From assembly GCA_965285935.1 (NCBI GenBank), contig OZ260663.1, forward strand, positions 45,632,001 to 45,696,000: a stretch of DNA of 64,000 bases, read 5' to 3'. Below are positions 12,595-27,110 of this stretch, in pieces. Both the position numbers and the translations under genes were made by a program. How positions within the stretch are numbered: the stretch's first letter is position 1; each line of letters starts with the position of its first letter. Under the pieces are notes generated by a model. The model ran no database searches. It was not told the origin of the DNA and saw only the letters and a program-made list of their open reading frames with translations. Origin of the DNA: Ophelia neglecta (lineage: Eukaryota).

Positions 12595-13325
12595 TTACAG
12601 TCGAATTTATATAGCGCTCTTTGTCCTAGGTATGTCCAGCTCAAATACAGTTATGGATTAAATAAAATAATTTGTTGATATAAAAAAAACAGCAGTAAAT
12701 GTTTTAAGAAATACCTTATTCAATTGCAATTGGATTACATTCAACTTAATAATTTACGCGCTTGAATTACAAATAAAAACACACAGAGAAATTGGCACAG
12801 ATACATACAAAGGCATTTTTGGTCTACATAGGTGGGCTTGAACAAGTAGGTTTTAAGTCGGTTTATAAGCTAATTTACCGACACAGTAGATCTTCCATGA
12901 GCCGGTAAGGTAGTCCAGAGTCTGCGACCGTATGATCTCAATAGCCATCACTATGCAGATCAGTCTTGTTTTCGGCATTTGTCTCACACCCCCAAAGCAC
13001 GAGTAGGTTCGTATCTCTGCAATGGCTCGGAGATGTACCCAGGTTATTCGCCAGTTTGAGCCTTATGCGGCATCAACGATAGACTATTGTCAATTTGGCG
13101 TTTCATTGGAAGCCATTGCGGCTCATTTAGTCATATAGTCGAGCTGTCGTGAGGTCACGTGGTTGGTATGTGTTTAACCAATCTCGCAGCGAGGTTTTGC
13201 TCTTTCTGCAGCCGTTTAAGCACAGCTGCAGGGACATACACAGCAGAGAATGTCAATAGCCGATGTGGGATGTCACAAGGGCATTTACCAACTTGCTAGG
13301 GGCATCAGTTGTATATTTCGGAGTT
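12595..13325 (-). mobile_element. Degenerate L2-like LINE, ORF2 C-terminus and 3' end
   Basis: Minus-strand fragments KLVNALVTSHIGY*HSLL, LKRLQKEQNLAARLV, QWLPMKRQI, GRRLWTTLP, RLKTYLF, in the order typical of L2/CR1 ORF2. Terminal GAGCGCTATATAAAT motif. Confidence 0.8.
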
Positions 13326-13520
13326 GGTTTATGGCAAAACAGACCACATTTCGACTTCCTACGAAAGGCATGTAAAACTATTAACGTCTAACATTTGACC
13401 CCCCCCCAAAAAAAAAACAAACCCTAAAATTGTATCCGTGTTATCTGCAGCAGGTTGACAAATAAACATTACATAAATTGATAATACACTAGGAGATATA
13501 TTTTTACCAACAGTGGGAGA

Positions 13521-13733
13521 AGCCTGAAAGTTTGGACGATTGTCCGAATATGTAACTTATCTTAGCGAACTCCTTAAATACTGACATAATGAAACAAAAT
13601 AAAAAGGTATAAAATACCAAAGGCATCGTTTGTGTGAATGTATTACAAAATAACACATGTTTGGCATCACCAAAGAAAACAGTAGAAGAAAGAAATACGT
13701 ACGCTTTGATACATTATTCCAAACTTTCAGGTT
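13521..13733 (+). mobile_element. MITE with (A)CCTGAAAGTTTGGA TIRs
   Basis: agcctgaaagtttgga ... tccaaactttcaggtt. The right end recurs at ~14115-14172 and, inverted, at ~46649-46770. Confidence 0.7.
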
Positions 13734-14114
13734 GGTCGCTATTCTAATAATGTATCACAAATTAATAGGGGCGGCATCACCGTGTTATGTCCCGAAAAAA
13801 CTGGTACATTTTGTAATACATTGAAACAAGTCCAGTTTTGGTACAAGATGGACCTAGAAATAGGCATTTAACCTTAGGCCAAAATAAAGTACGCCACTGC
13901 ATCTTCAATCTTTAATATGTCTCAGAAAAGTGTTCCACTCACACTGGTTGGCTGAAACAGGTAAAGGCATCCGATTATATCATTGAACTCCATAGCACAC
14001 CCTTTGACATTGATCAAAATGTGATTTTCCAAGCCTGAATGATCATTTCATTCTACCCAGACGGCATGTATTATTATGTGTTTTAACTTGTGTTACAACC
14101 GACTTAAATGCCTG

Positions 14115-14172
14115 AAGAGAACAATGAAAAAATAAGATACACATTGATACATTACTCCAAACTTTCAGGTTG
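14115..14172 (+). mobile_element. Partial copy (right end) of the CCTGAAAGTTTGGA-TIR MITE
   Basis: gagaacaatgaaa...tgatacattactccaaactttcaggtt. Confidence 0.65.
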
Positions 14173-17100
14173 GTGCCTAATAGAAAGATATGAGAGGAAG
14201 CTTGATAGATAGACTTCCCTCACTGCTGACGTAAAAGACCAAGGATACAAAGGTTTCTCCCATCCATTTGCAGCCGGCTCCAGAGAACACATCCTTTAAA
14301 AGTGGCATGAATGTATTATACTATGAATAAGAAACATGTACACCATAAAAGAGCTGAAAAAGTCCAATGTCCGCACTAGACTCCTTCAACTGCTGGTTTG
14401 CCCATTACTGACGTTTGCAATGAAAAATCTTCAGAGACATTGCCATGAGTTACTTGACAATAATTTATATTTGAAAAGACCTTGTTGCTGCCCTTCATCA
14501 AATTAGGATGTCAGTTTTTTAGGCACATATTAATCTGTAAGCCTTATTTTGTAAAACAATAATTCATGTTTACGGGTTCAATGTCATTCCTGTAGATCGC
14601 TGTGATTAATAACCGCATAGTTATTACCACCACGATCATGGCTCAATCGTACATTGAGTTCTGTACTCACTTGTAGAACATTTCAAGTCTGGATTTCCGG
14701 CAGACAATCAAAATTCAACGATCAAGAGTAACTCCATTGGGGTATCATCTACAAAAAAATGCTAAATAAATTGTCTCGTATAGAAAAAAATCGACCAGAA
14801 TCTACACTTGACAATTGGGTCTTACTGTGTCCATGTTTAGTTAAAGTAAGAGATTTATCATTTAAAAAAGATGATCCAGATGGAAAGAGGCGCCCATTTT
14901 GAATGTTTGCAAATGTTTGCCAATGAAAATGTAAGTATACAAAATCGTCTTCTGGGGACACGTGCACCCTCTCCATCAAAAGTTGTCTCATTACAGATTC
15001 TACCTTTAGCTCTCGGTAGTATCCTTATGATACCACCATAAACTGCCAGTTCTGCAAACATATCACAGTTTTTCCACCTCTTTATCTTTAATTATATTTA
15101 TACCTTGCCAAAAATTCATAGGCAGGCTTATTCATCAAGTGCGGTACGCCCAAATTCTATTGGCTCTTCGAATATGTCAGCAAGTCCAAGCCATTTCGTT
15201 TCCCTGACACCGCTCAAATTGTCTCAGCACCCAGCCGCTAAAGATGAGAAATTGTAACCGTGTGCTCTGGCGTGATTATCTGGACTCCATGTTTTTGTTG
15301 TTTCTAAGTGTGTTTTTCCTCTATATGTATAGATTGGCATTTTGTGTAGCTTAGCCAAACTGAGTGTACAGTGGTGTTATAGATTAACAATAGGATACTT
15401 TCGGGCTAGTTCGCACGCACCCCCAGTTGAAATCGTATTCTTTCAGTTTTGTCTTTGAAATTCCTGCAATTATTTTTAACAATACAATCATTTGTTTTCT
15501 AAGTATTCCTATAGCGAATGCAATGTATCATCTGGGCTTGTCAATGACATTGTTATCATAATGCCATTATAGTTGGTCGGTCCAGTTTCTAATCTACCTC
15601 TTCCTTCAAATTTTGTATTTCTCTCATCTACGTTGTAGAAATATTTTACTTCAACAAACTAAAGCATATAAACAGTCGCATTGCATATTTAAGAAACAGA
15701 AAATTTTACTCATTTCAACATAGTAACTGTTGCATTGTTTCATGTTAGTAAAGGTGTGTAATGATAGATTAATGAATTAAAATTCACTGACCAAGAGCCC
15801 GCTTCCTGATACTAGAATAGTGGTAAAAGACAAAAGGATCCCGGACAAGGGACACTCAAAATAAAGGGCAGTATGAACAACATGAATTTAACACCTTGCG
15901 GTTGCCGAGATCAATGGAGAAGTACGAAGGGCATGTTCTTATGACTATTGAATATGGCTGTAGTCTGAGCAAGCTACATAGTTAATAAGTCAAAGATAGG
16001 TATGGTTTTGTACAAAAACCACAATTGATTATGTCCAACTAACCAGCAATTTGTGAACAAGCAGATCCCCTATTACACCTTATAGGAAACAAATTGCTAT
16101 AAGACCTAATTGGACACCCACTAATTTGTATGGCTTCTAGAAGTCTTTTATATGCTGAATGTATCAAAGGCATATTTATGGATACTCATATCACAAATTA
16201 ATCTGTTCGTCTTTGAGCCATTGACATCACTTCAGGCGCTTGACTTCTTCCTATGCCAATTTTTCTCATTTTGAATAGTCCAACGAACAAGGGCAATTGC
16301 ATTGTCACCTGTCACGGCACTTCCTATCACTAATATTAATTGCATTTGGTTTTTCGAGAGATGCCATGATTAACCACACCAGGCCAAGCGACTTTTGACC
16401 TGTGACGTATTTGAGAAACTAACCAATACGAGCAAAGCTGAAAGCCCGATGTTTGCCGAATATTTTCGGAGATTTTCCGTGAATCTTCGGCTAGTTGACA
16501 CAAACCCACCAATCAGAAGGTGTTTTGCGCACGCCCGTTCAATGTCATCCCTTAAGCATCTTTATAATGTAACTACGTTGATATGTCCCTGAACTTGGCC
16601 TTAAGCGATAGCAGACGCCTGCAGAAATTGCTTGCGACGACAATATCACTATCATAACAAAAATCAGTTGGTGTCCTGGAGTCGAGAAGTCCGAATTTAT
16701 AGTTACTGTAGCTAATTTTCCTCAGAGATCAATCAAAATAATCAACAAGCTATTATCATAATTGCCGAGAATTGTATCGCGCCTTTTTATTGGTTGTATG
16801 GGTCATGTGACATTTGCGTGATGTCCGGACGTCCGGACGTCGATTTGCCGTTTTCGCCAACACTCGGCAACAAAATGCAGAGGTTGTGCACCAGAGCAGA
16901 TCTTCGTGGGGAGTGATGCTTTGGTTAATGAGAATCAGTCCAATTCTGAAAGGGCACTAAACTTTTTCCTTCCTTTTTCAATGACGGTATGTCCGAAACT
17001 GAGGGACCAGCTTGTATTTCAAGAAGGTTCTTGGTCGATTTCCTAAAGTAATTAAACGAATCAGGTTCACCAGAAGAAATGCACTAAAGCAAAACTGCAA

Positions 17101-20100
17101 AATTTCATAGAAAGGAAAACCTACTGCTTGTTATTAGGTTGATACCTTTTCTCTGTGTTGTCTAAAATTGAGTCAATTAACAACGAGTAAGTCACAAAAC
17201 ATACCAGGATGCTTTGTCATCCAGTTTTTACGCATCAATAACTGTTTTGCAAATACAGTGTAAAGGGCTTACTATTATCTTAGTTGTACAAATCCCACAA
17301 CCGAGTCTCGTGCTATACTACAGCAGTTGTCCATGTAGATAGATTATAGGAATTGTTCTTTCTTGTAATTGTGGAAACCTTACGCAAACCTCGCAGGATT
17401 AATAAATAATGAAGACTATAATTGGGCTTGTTACAGTGATTAAAACGCGTATTTCTCATTGGAATCACTGCGAAATGGTCTTTTGAGGAAAAAATCGGCG
17501 AAAGATTCATTTGTTTTACGCCAAGCATTTGTCACTGGGTTGTCAGTTTTTTTTTAGCTGTTAGAGCTGAAAACGGTCGGAAAGCGTTCAAGTCTCAAAA
17601 TTGATTTCATCTACCTGGCCTATGTGTTTGGACTCGGTAAGATACATAGGAGCAGTGTATTGCATAAAATAACTTATAGTTATGTGTTTATTCGAAGAAC
17701 TGTTATACAAAATAAACGGTTTTTACTGATTCCAGCTTCAAAATCGGCGCAAGAATAATTTCCCGATAAATGAATAATGTATTTACGTTGTTGCACTATT
17801 TTTATTAGTGTCCTGAGATTGGCCTATAGCGTATCGTGTTAACGCTGTATCCTATTAGATTGATAGGTATTTACAGTTATATACTGTAAAGGCAGGTGAT
17901 TAATTTTTCATAATACTCCTCTATTCATATATTGTAATTTTTCATATTATATTTTTCCAGTTTTACCTATGATTTATTTGCTTCTAATGATATACGTATT
18001 GTTACAGTATGTAATGCTGGCCCCAGGAAAGAGCAGTGGCGCTGTCAGTGTGTCCAAGGGTAGAGACTTTAAATAAATAGACAAATAAATAAAATTTGCC
18101 TCAAACGGAGGCAGAGAAATTTTCATTGTCGTTAAGTCACAGGGAAATTAAATGAAAATAGAAGAACGGGAGGTCGACAGAGACACACAAGTTTTGTTGT
18201 AAACGGGCCTAGAGAATTCTGACTAAAATCAGAAATATCTATTTAGCCCGGAATTCTATTAAGGTCATGCATTACGACAAGCAACTCAATGCTCTGACTC
18301 AAGCAGTGAAGAACACATAACCGTTTGATCTCCATGGAAACCCGATAACTGCAGCACTGCATTGGCAGGGATGACCATCACTAAGATAAAATTAATAGCC
18401 TCTTTCGAGGAAGCTACCTACCATACACATATTTATAAACACAACATTTGAAGAGGAAACGACTAAAGGAAACAAAATTAGTCCTAATGGAATAATATTT
18501 AGTACCAGTACAAATACTCATTTTTGTCTAAGGCATGTGACAAAAAGGAAACCATGTATATAATTGAAATATTCAAAAAGCAAGACTATTCAAATATAAA
18601 TTTGTAATAAACGTGCAATATTGGAGTTGTAAAACAAAAGTCTAAATTAAACAATTTAATTTGAAAGGCAAATGCAATCAAAAGAATGGTGTATTCGGTA
18701 GATTTTTAGCACGATTCTTACTAAAAAATAATAATGTCGAGGGAGAATTTTTTTCATATATATCTAGAGATTTTTTACCTTCATCAAATCCTAAAAAAAA
18801 ACATTATATTACCCGGTTGAGACTCACTTTGCTATCATAACATACTTTTTCAAATTCGATAACCAAGTTGGTCAGTAGAATTAATATAAATGTCCTCTGC
18901 GTTGAAAGCATCAAGTCAAAGAGTCTCCAATTAAGCCGTTCAACGGGCATTTCATTTCCCCGGAGCGCAGGAAAACGCTCTTTATTTCAGATTTATAAGT
19001 AGCTAGTGGCGCGCAGATGAGCCTTTCATATCAGACGCGTCTTGTTCCCTTTACATATCACGGGTTCCTTTTAGGAATATAGTCACCTAGGGAGCTGGCC
19101 ACTAATTGGTGTCTCCTAACTGTGTAATTTCGGCGGAGATTTATTCTCTTGCCCAAACTAAGGGGTTAGCTGCTTGGTTATATCATACCATTAGTCCAGT
19201 GCAAGACTAGTATACAACAAAGATAAATGAAGGATTTTCCGCGAGCTATAAACTGGGAGTTGCCGCGACCGTGATTCGACACCTCGCTGCCGCTCGAGTT
19301 ATTTACTGGGGTAAGCCGCCATATTACTGCAATCCAACGCGTGCTTAGTGGTCGGCTTCTATACCAAGAGATAAACAAACGGCAGACGACATATGCTTGC
19401 TCCATTCCCGTGCGATGCGGCAACTGCACGCATGATATCCAAGGCTAGTTTACCACTTAGCTTAATACGATACAGGAAATGAGCCAAAGATATAGGCAAT
19501 TAATAATTCTGTTACTGCTATGAACCCTTCCATGCGATTCATTACCGCTGTGCTCCCCTTAATTACCGAGGAACGGGGATTTTTTTATGGCAAACAAATC
19601 CGCCGTGTCTACAATAGCGGTCTGGTGAGGAAGAAATGTGCTGTCACATGTGAATCTCCTTAAATTGGCACTGCACACCAGTTGCGAGTTCTGTGACAAA
19701 GATGAGACTTATTAATTGGTAATTCCAGCCGTTCTTTTGACGCTTTTCAAGAGAAAACAAATCGTGCTTAGTGATGTGCCCAGTCTGATTAGGTGCACAT
19801 GATTTTGGTTAATCTTAATTGATTATATACAGTCATTTGAACTAGGATAAAATCATATACGTCTTCAAATGATAATGGTCTATCGTGAATTAGCTATAGA
19901 GATATTTTTACAATGATTGAATTGATTCCAAAACTACTTTTTTTTCTGAGATGATAGTAAAATATTATGGAATCCCCATACTACTGAGTCATAATGAGCG
20001 CACAGATTCGTGGTAAAATGAAATAATATGGAATATTTAGATTTAATGCCCATGTGAATTTTAAAAGTCTAGACATGCCATTTGGATTGCAGAAGCTTTA

Positions 20101-23100
20101 TCGTTCTTGATGAACAGCTAGTGGAGGCTTGGTGGAGGCGAAAGCAGAGGTTAGGACACAACACTAGACAGTAATAACCCAAACAGTAACACTAAGCCCC
20201 ACTCCCAAATTAGCCTCGTCCCTAGCGGTGACCCTGCTGACAAAATCAGACTTTTTCTCTCCATAATGGCCATGACCCCTGCCTTCCCATAGCCTCCGGA
20301 CCTCCGCCCTTCACCAAGAGGCAACAGAAGACATGTCTGCTTACATAGTACTGAACATTATGAAAAAAAGTCAGAAACTTAGTTATAGGCTATTTGGCGT
20401 CAAAACTAAAACTTTATTGTTCAATAACTATAAAATTCTCTATAGACAAATTCATAATTATTACGAAATGTAAAAAAGAACATAGTTACGGTACTTATAA
20501 TGGAACATTTCTTCTAAGCCAAATATCCTTGCATTACTAGATGTTCCTCTCAATTCTGTACCGCGTTGTCCAAGAATACCTGTTGAGTACTTGTCTCCAT
20601 GTACCAATTTGGCACGGTATTTTTTTTACAGGCCAGAGAGGAACACCCATTTATAAGACAGATCGAAGGAACTTCTTTCACTATCGGTTGGATATATAGG
20701 GCACTCAAAAGTCATTTTCACTGGTATGCCTATGGACAGTGCAGTGAATATTCACACAACACGGATATTACCCTCCTCTTTATTAAGTTTACAGAAAAGA
20801 ATGCGAGAAGTTCGGAAACTAGCAACTTCCTCAGAGCAGGGATGGCTAGAATATCGATTTAATTTGTTTTATTTGCTGTTTAGGATCAAAAAACCGAAAT
20901 CTCCAATAATGATATTGTTTTTTCACATCTGTACACGTACATGTATGCAATATATCCCCAAGATTTACTGTTTCCTCTCTAACTTAAAGCTTCGAATTGT
21001 GTCTTAATTACTTCCCTTTTTGCAGGTGTGAGTTTCATTCCGTCAGGACTTGTTTTTCTCTAATAAGGATGTCCATATTAAATCACCCGACTCTCGCACT
21101 GCGACAGCCACTCAGGGGACCTCGTTAATTGTCCCAAAGCCCGCGGCTCCTTAGAAGTAATGATGTACAAGTATAGTACACAAGAGCAGGGCTACATAGG
21201 CCTAGGGAAACAGGCAAGGGCAGATTAGAGTTGGACGCTGTTCAAATAGATGAGAAGTGGTTTTGGGCATATCTTTCGAATACAAATTCAAGGATTGGTA
21301 GGCGCAGCTAACATCGGAGAACTCCTACGACCTTGGTTTGTATTCAGACCTAAAGCATATTAATCAATATGTATGGAAATGCATTAGATATGGCAATTGC
21401 CCTATGCATTGTTCATATTTTCGCAGATTATGCTATCCCAAACATCTGCCCCCACCGTGAATGGTGCCAAATCTCGTACACGAAAAGGGATTTATGGTGA
21501 CAAAACTAGCAAGGCAACTTTTTTGGGTATCCCAAGCCTTATTCGATTTTTAATTATGAATCTTAAACTTGATGTTAACGGATTAACAGTGTTATCGTAT
21601 GTACGTAATTAGTTGTACAGATTTTGGAACAAAAGGATTTATAGGCATTTTTGGCTTCAAATTGAAGCCACTTATTAGGTATTAGAGTAACGGCAATAAT
21701 TTCTTGAACTGTAGAATCATGTACGATGTTTTTTACATGCCCTAAAAAACAAATTAAAAGTAGAAGTGGTTCTAGAATTTAAATGACCAATATGAAACAT
21801 CCTCTCCCTACGTTTAGACGCCACAGCTGGAACAGAATTTATTGGGTGGATAGTTTTGATGCATATTATTGATTATCAATTAAAAGTATTTTCTGTTTAA
21901 AAAAGGAATGATTGATCCCCAAACGACTCTTTCCGCTACGAAGTGGCAACAACAGAGATCAAATTACGCCTAAAATTACATTTCGATTCCTGATTGTAAT
22001 GGAAACAATTAACTAGTATAAACTCGGATTTCAATAATGCCATTGATGATCGATTAAATCTAGAGATAATTGTCTCGACATCTTATTTCTTATTTGTAAA
22101 TATTATTGAATAGATATTGCATATGAAAGTTGTAGGTTGTAATTTATTACAATTCCCTGCACATTCCGCAAAAATAAAACTTCCAATTCCGAACAAGCTG
22201 TGTAAACAATTTCCATTATCTTTTTGTGTAAACGACACAAATCTGTAAAACTGCTTATTCAAATAATAAGACCACTTTTATGTTTGGTATCAGGGAACTA
22301 TTATGAGGCCAAACATTTCTTTTCCTAGTTCTAGATGTTTTAGGATCTCATCCGTACACGGCAGGGGAAATTCCTTCCTTTTTTCAAGATTGATGTCAGT
22401 AAATAACTACTTGAATAACGGCTATATTGTTTTAACTTCCGAATCACAAAATTTGTATCTTTATATTATTGCTTAAACTGCCAATGCACAATTCAGCTAC
22501 TGTTCAGATGCTACCGTTGGTATTTTTTCAATTGCAGATAAATAAAAGACGTCCATATAGTATCCAGTGGTATATTGTCACCTAGACATGCTAGGACAGG
22601 CGATAAATAATTCTACTTGTTCTTGGATTTTCTGTAGAACACTTTAGCTTGTCGTTTGCTCGTGCTTCCGGCGATAAGACAATACACTAAAGGGCCAACT
22701 CACGGTTCAAAGGGGTGCGTCTACGTGTACTTATCCCTTGTAATTTCCGAGCAGAAGTAGGCTTTAAAGTTACTTCAAAGGCTTGCCCACCTTGTGTAAA
22801 TTAAAGCAGTGGTATTTTTTTCTCGAAAAATTAAACATTGAAATTACCCAGCACGCATCCATACTATTTCACTCGACGTCAGGTGATGGGAAGTTAAACA
22901 ATGATTATTTTCAACAAGTCGATTAATAGTTTGAGGGCCGAATTAGAGACCATTGACCAATATCGATTATCGATTTTGATCGAAATGAGTCCTCTGGACC
23001 TATATTTTTTACCGCTCTTTTTGCGGTTGCCTAGCGTAGCGAGGCTCTAACCGTAACATGCGTTTACACGGGAACGAAGCAATGTGATGAAATCAAACTG

Positions 23101-26100
23101 GGTTGTATACCTGAGCTGCCTGTCAACGTTCCTCCCATCTGTAATATATAGAGGCCATCCTGGTTCCGGTACATTTACCAATAAAGGGACTAAACGTCGT
23201 AACCTCCACCAGCGAACCGCACATGAAGATTGCGCATTGGCATTTTGCTTTTAAAGCTCAGAATATAGATTAGCCTATCATACAGGGACTGCTGCGCTCG
23301 GTTTGAGGCATTGCCTTTATCATATTATCAGAAAACTATGAAAATGTCACTAAGGCCATTTTGGCATTAGTCTGATGAAATGTCCTTATTCTGAAAAACG
23401 AAATTTGCGCAACATTTACTTGCGGAAGTGTCGCTTGCTGTCCTTCGCCAAAATTGCATTTCAAGAAGTTAAGGCCCCATGGCCAGAACTAGGTGTGTTA
23501 AAAACCAAGGACAAAAGCGGCAATTATAGATAATTAAGAATGCGCAAAGTTAATTAGGAGATAACAAGTCAATAACTAAATAGAAACGTGTCACTCCTAG
23601 ACCAGCCCAAGTTCTTCTAGCTAGTTTGATTACACTTAACTTGACACATACATGGCCAGACCGGGAACTGTGATTCGGTTTTCTGACAAAAAATCGCTGT
23701 AAAAAATTTGCTGTAAAAATTGGCAGACAGGCCTTTCGCCTTCCTTAATCTTTAAGCTTTTTATAGAGCGACAATTTTTTGTATCGTCAAAAACGTGACG
23801 AGTAAGTAAAATAGTAAAAAACCGTTCCTGCCGAACATTTGCTGTGGCGTATCAGATCAATAAAAAGGGTGCGTTGTTGGTGCCAAAGACGTCTGTTTAT
23901 GGTGTTTAAAGCAGACGACAGGCGGTAATTTAACATGCCTCCGAATTCAAATACGCTAACGGAGTGGCGACAAGTGACAAAGACGAAGTCGTGTGCTGTG
24001 GCTCCCATCACCATGCTGCCACTTCCCTGCCGCGCCACCATTAAATAATTCGGAGAGCACAAAACTCTCAGATCTGAACTCGCTTATTTGGTCAAAATTG
24101 AAGAAGCTGGACTACTCAAGCAACAAAACAGGAAGCGCCCCTAATATTCTCGCTGGTGCTCTTGTGGCGATATTACTGCCTGCTTAACGGCAGTCATAAA
24201 TTAGTATGGGACACCAACAGAAGGCAAAGCGCCGGTCTACTCGAGCAACTGCCCATAAACTGAGGACTTGTCAGCGCAGAATCGGATGAATGTGTGACCA
24301 AATATGGCAAGTCAAGGCGTAAAACAAATATCTGTTCAGTAGACAGCGCATACCCCGCAAGACTATATATTAATAAACGCTGGCGGGAACCAAATGAAAC
24401 AAGTCCAGATCTGTGATTTAAAACCTACAGGCATTCAACCTAGGAACTTGTACAATTATCTCGACGATGGCTGAGATTGATTGTTGTATGGGCTAGAAAA
24501 AGTTGCTAGGGCTCATTTGAGATGTGTCGATGGACATAATTTATCATGACTTGGCACCTTATAATAGCTAATTTCATTCATACTTTAGAAATAACTGTAC
24601 TCTATAGAATACGTTGTGGGCTTTGTTCGAATATACATGTAGTACATACCCATGATGTTCCACACCCCGTTCGAGCATAGGCGGATAAAGCAGCGTTGCA
24701 GTTTGACTGTACATAGGCCAATAGCTCGATAGCGCATGCGCATTGACATTGAACGCGGGCGGTCGGCAACCGCCAGCAACAGGCAATTACCCAATCAGAA
24801 AACAGAAAAAAACAATATGAAACTTGTTTGTCAGAATACTCAATATAATTCTACAGTTTTGTGCCATGGCGCAGAGAAAAGATTTTAGGCGGATAGAAAA
24901 GAAGCAATGAAAAGAATGTTCATTGCGTACATTCTATTCTTGGTCACGATCCTGTTATCATGGAATTTATTAAAGAATAATAGTTGTGGCCTGATATCAT
25001 ATTTTATTTGTCTATCTTATTTGTTCACTTGTTATCCTTTCATCTTCCACTTGTCAAATGCTGTGGCTGTTTCACACAGAAAATCCTTGCGCAATATCAA
25101 TCGGTTCATAGGTCAAATGCTTATTCCGAAAGAATATTGCCCACGTCGTTCTGCTCAATGAGCGAGCTGGAGGACTGGGTCGACTGGTATTGTTGATGTC
25201 TCTAATTGAGTGTAATAGCGACGTAAATAACGCTTTTATCCCGTCATCAAACGAAATGACGTCGATATGTTATGACGTCACAATGCTCTCCGACCTCGCT
25301 CTCCCACCTGGTGTTCAATGTTCAGTTATAGGCTTTTGTAAATGTAATATCATCGAAACAAAGAATGTAGGCTACTATGTCATGTTCCCATGTACGTCAA
25401 TTGTTCGCTGCCTTGCCGCACCGAGCAGCGTGACGTTCTTATCAAAAGTCAGTAGGCCTCGACAATTTGACGCGTCGTGTCTCGAAGCGTTGCATCGCAT
25501 GCGTGAACTTCACGCGTCTCGGTAACACCGGATATAAAAAAAATGTTCCTGTACACGGGTAAAAACGAATGAAACGACAGATAGATTAAGAATTCCAAAG
25601 ATGTTACGAGCTTGTATAAAAACAGACTGGGTAGTCTTCGTATTCAGAGGAGATAGGCACACTTTTTTAGTACAAATAAATGGCAGGCATGGGGTTTCAT
25701 TTTAATATACATCATTTGTTACACAGGCAGGGTTTCAGTCACAATGTGAGAGTGGCTGGCACAAAGTTAACATCCCTCATACCGTTTCTTTCCCGTTTTG
25801 TTTTAATAACTCCATATTATGCTTTGTATTCTACATTGACCGTTTAATAACTTACCTTTCTCGTTGCACTATATACACCCCTAAACACGTCCTTACCTTT
25901 GTTGTTTACTCTCATGCAACCCTGTAGCATAGCTTAATGGTTAACACTATGTCTTGTTGTAAACTTTCTGTAGGTAGTTTGATCTGATTAAACAGTAATC
26001 TATGTAAATCAACAGGTTAACAGATTAATGTTGAGCGATATCGTGCCGCCATATTGTTTCCTAGTGGTATGTAAGTTACACCATTCGTTGGTATATCACC

Positions 26101-26658
26101 TGGGGGGTTTTTGGTACCACTCTGCTCCTGTTGTTTTAACCTGTTATGTTACTGGGTACACCGGTTTCCTCAACACCAGTATTGGTCAAATAGGATCCGG
26201 AAAGAAGATTTTGTTCGGGTTTTAAAGATAAATTTACACAAATAATGCGCGATGTGGTGTACTCATCCAGCAATTGCCGGGCATTTTTCTTTATATGTAT
26301 GTTTCCCTATACTATTTAAATACTGTCTGTATTTTATGTAATGGCAGCTATTGAAGCACAGGACTGATAAATATCACCATGTCTATAACAAATCGGTACC
26401 CAGTGCATCTCTTAATGGCTTGTCCATCGAAAAAAATGCATTTTAACAAGAGTTCAGACAAGACTCAATTTGAGTGGATAGCCCTTTCTCTGGCTCTTCA
26501 CCAGTAAGCTTAATGCATGTCCTCTTGTTGTATCGGGAAGGGGTTCTCAATCCATTACTACTGACAGACCTGTTCTCGTGGAAGATCGGCAGTGGCTAAA
26601 ATCGTTGGACCTCGGCCTTTGCTTTAAAGAGTTACTGTACGATTTGATCGTTTAAAGC

Positions 26659-27110
26659 CTAATGGCAGGTTTATTTCAATGGGTAACATTTTTATCTCTA
26701 GGGTCATCCAATGACATGTTTAACGCAGAGAGTAACATTATTATCATGATGAATCTCATGGTAGGTTTAGTACAATTGGAAATATATTTTATCTAGATTT
26801 GTCTAATGGAAGGTTTTGTTATAAACGGTAACCGTTTTATCTAGATATCATCTAGTGGTTAGTTTATTATTGTTGGTATTTTTCTCTATATTCATCTAAT
26901 GGCAGGTTTAAAACAATATATAGGCTTAATCTTAAAGTTTTCATTCATCTCGTGGTACGGCTTTTACAATGGAGTAACCTATTCAGCAATGTTCATCTTA
27001 TGATAACCTATATAGGTTACCTATTCAGCAATGTTCATCTTATGATAACCTATATAGGTTCATTTGTATGGGTGTGCCTTTTATCTAGATCAACCTAAAG
27101 GTAGTCTTTT
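26659..27110. repeat. Old ~48-bp minisatellite (~10 units) containing a perfect 42-bp duplication (26977-27018 = 27019-27060)
   Basis: Recurring ctaatggcaggttt...tttatctaga...cat units. Exact repeat acctattcagcaatgttcatcttatgataacctatataggtt, including the 14-bp palindrome AACCTATATAGGTT. Confidence 0.75.

Noticed and set aside
16381-16601. AGGCCAAG...CTTGGCCT element as donor of the TAGGCCTA scars
   Set aside because: Only an 8-bp inverted match and no matching TA TSD.
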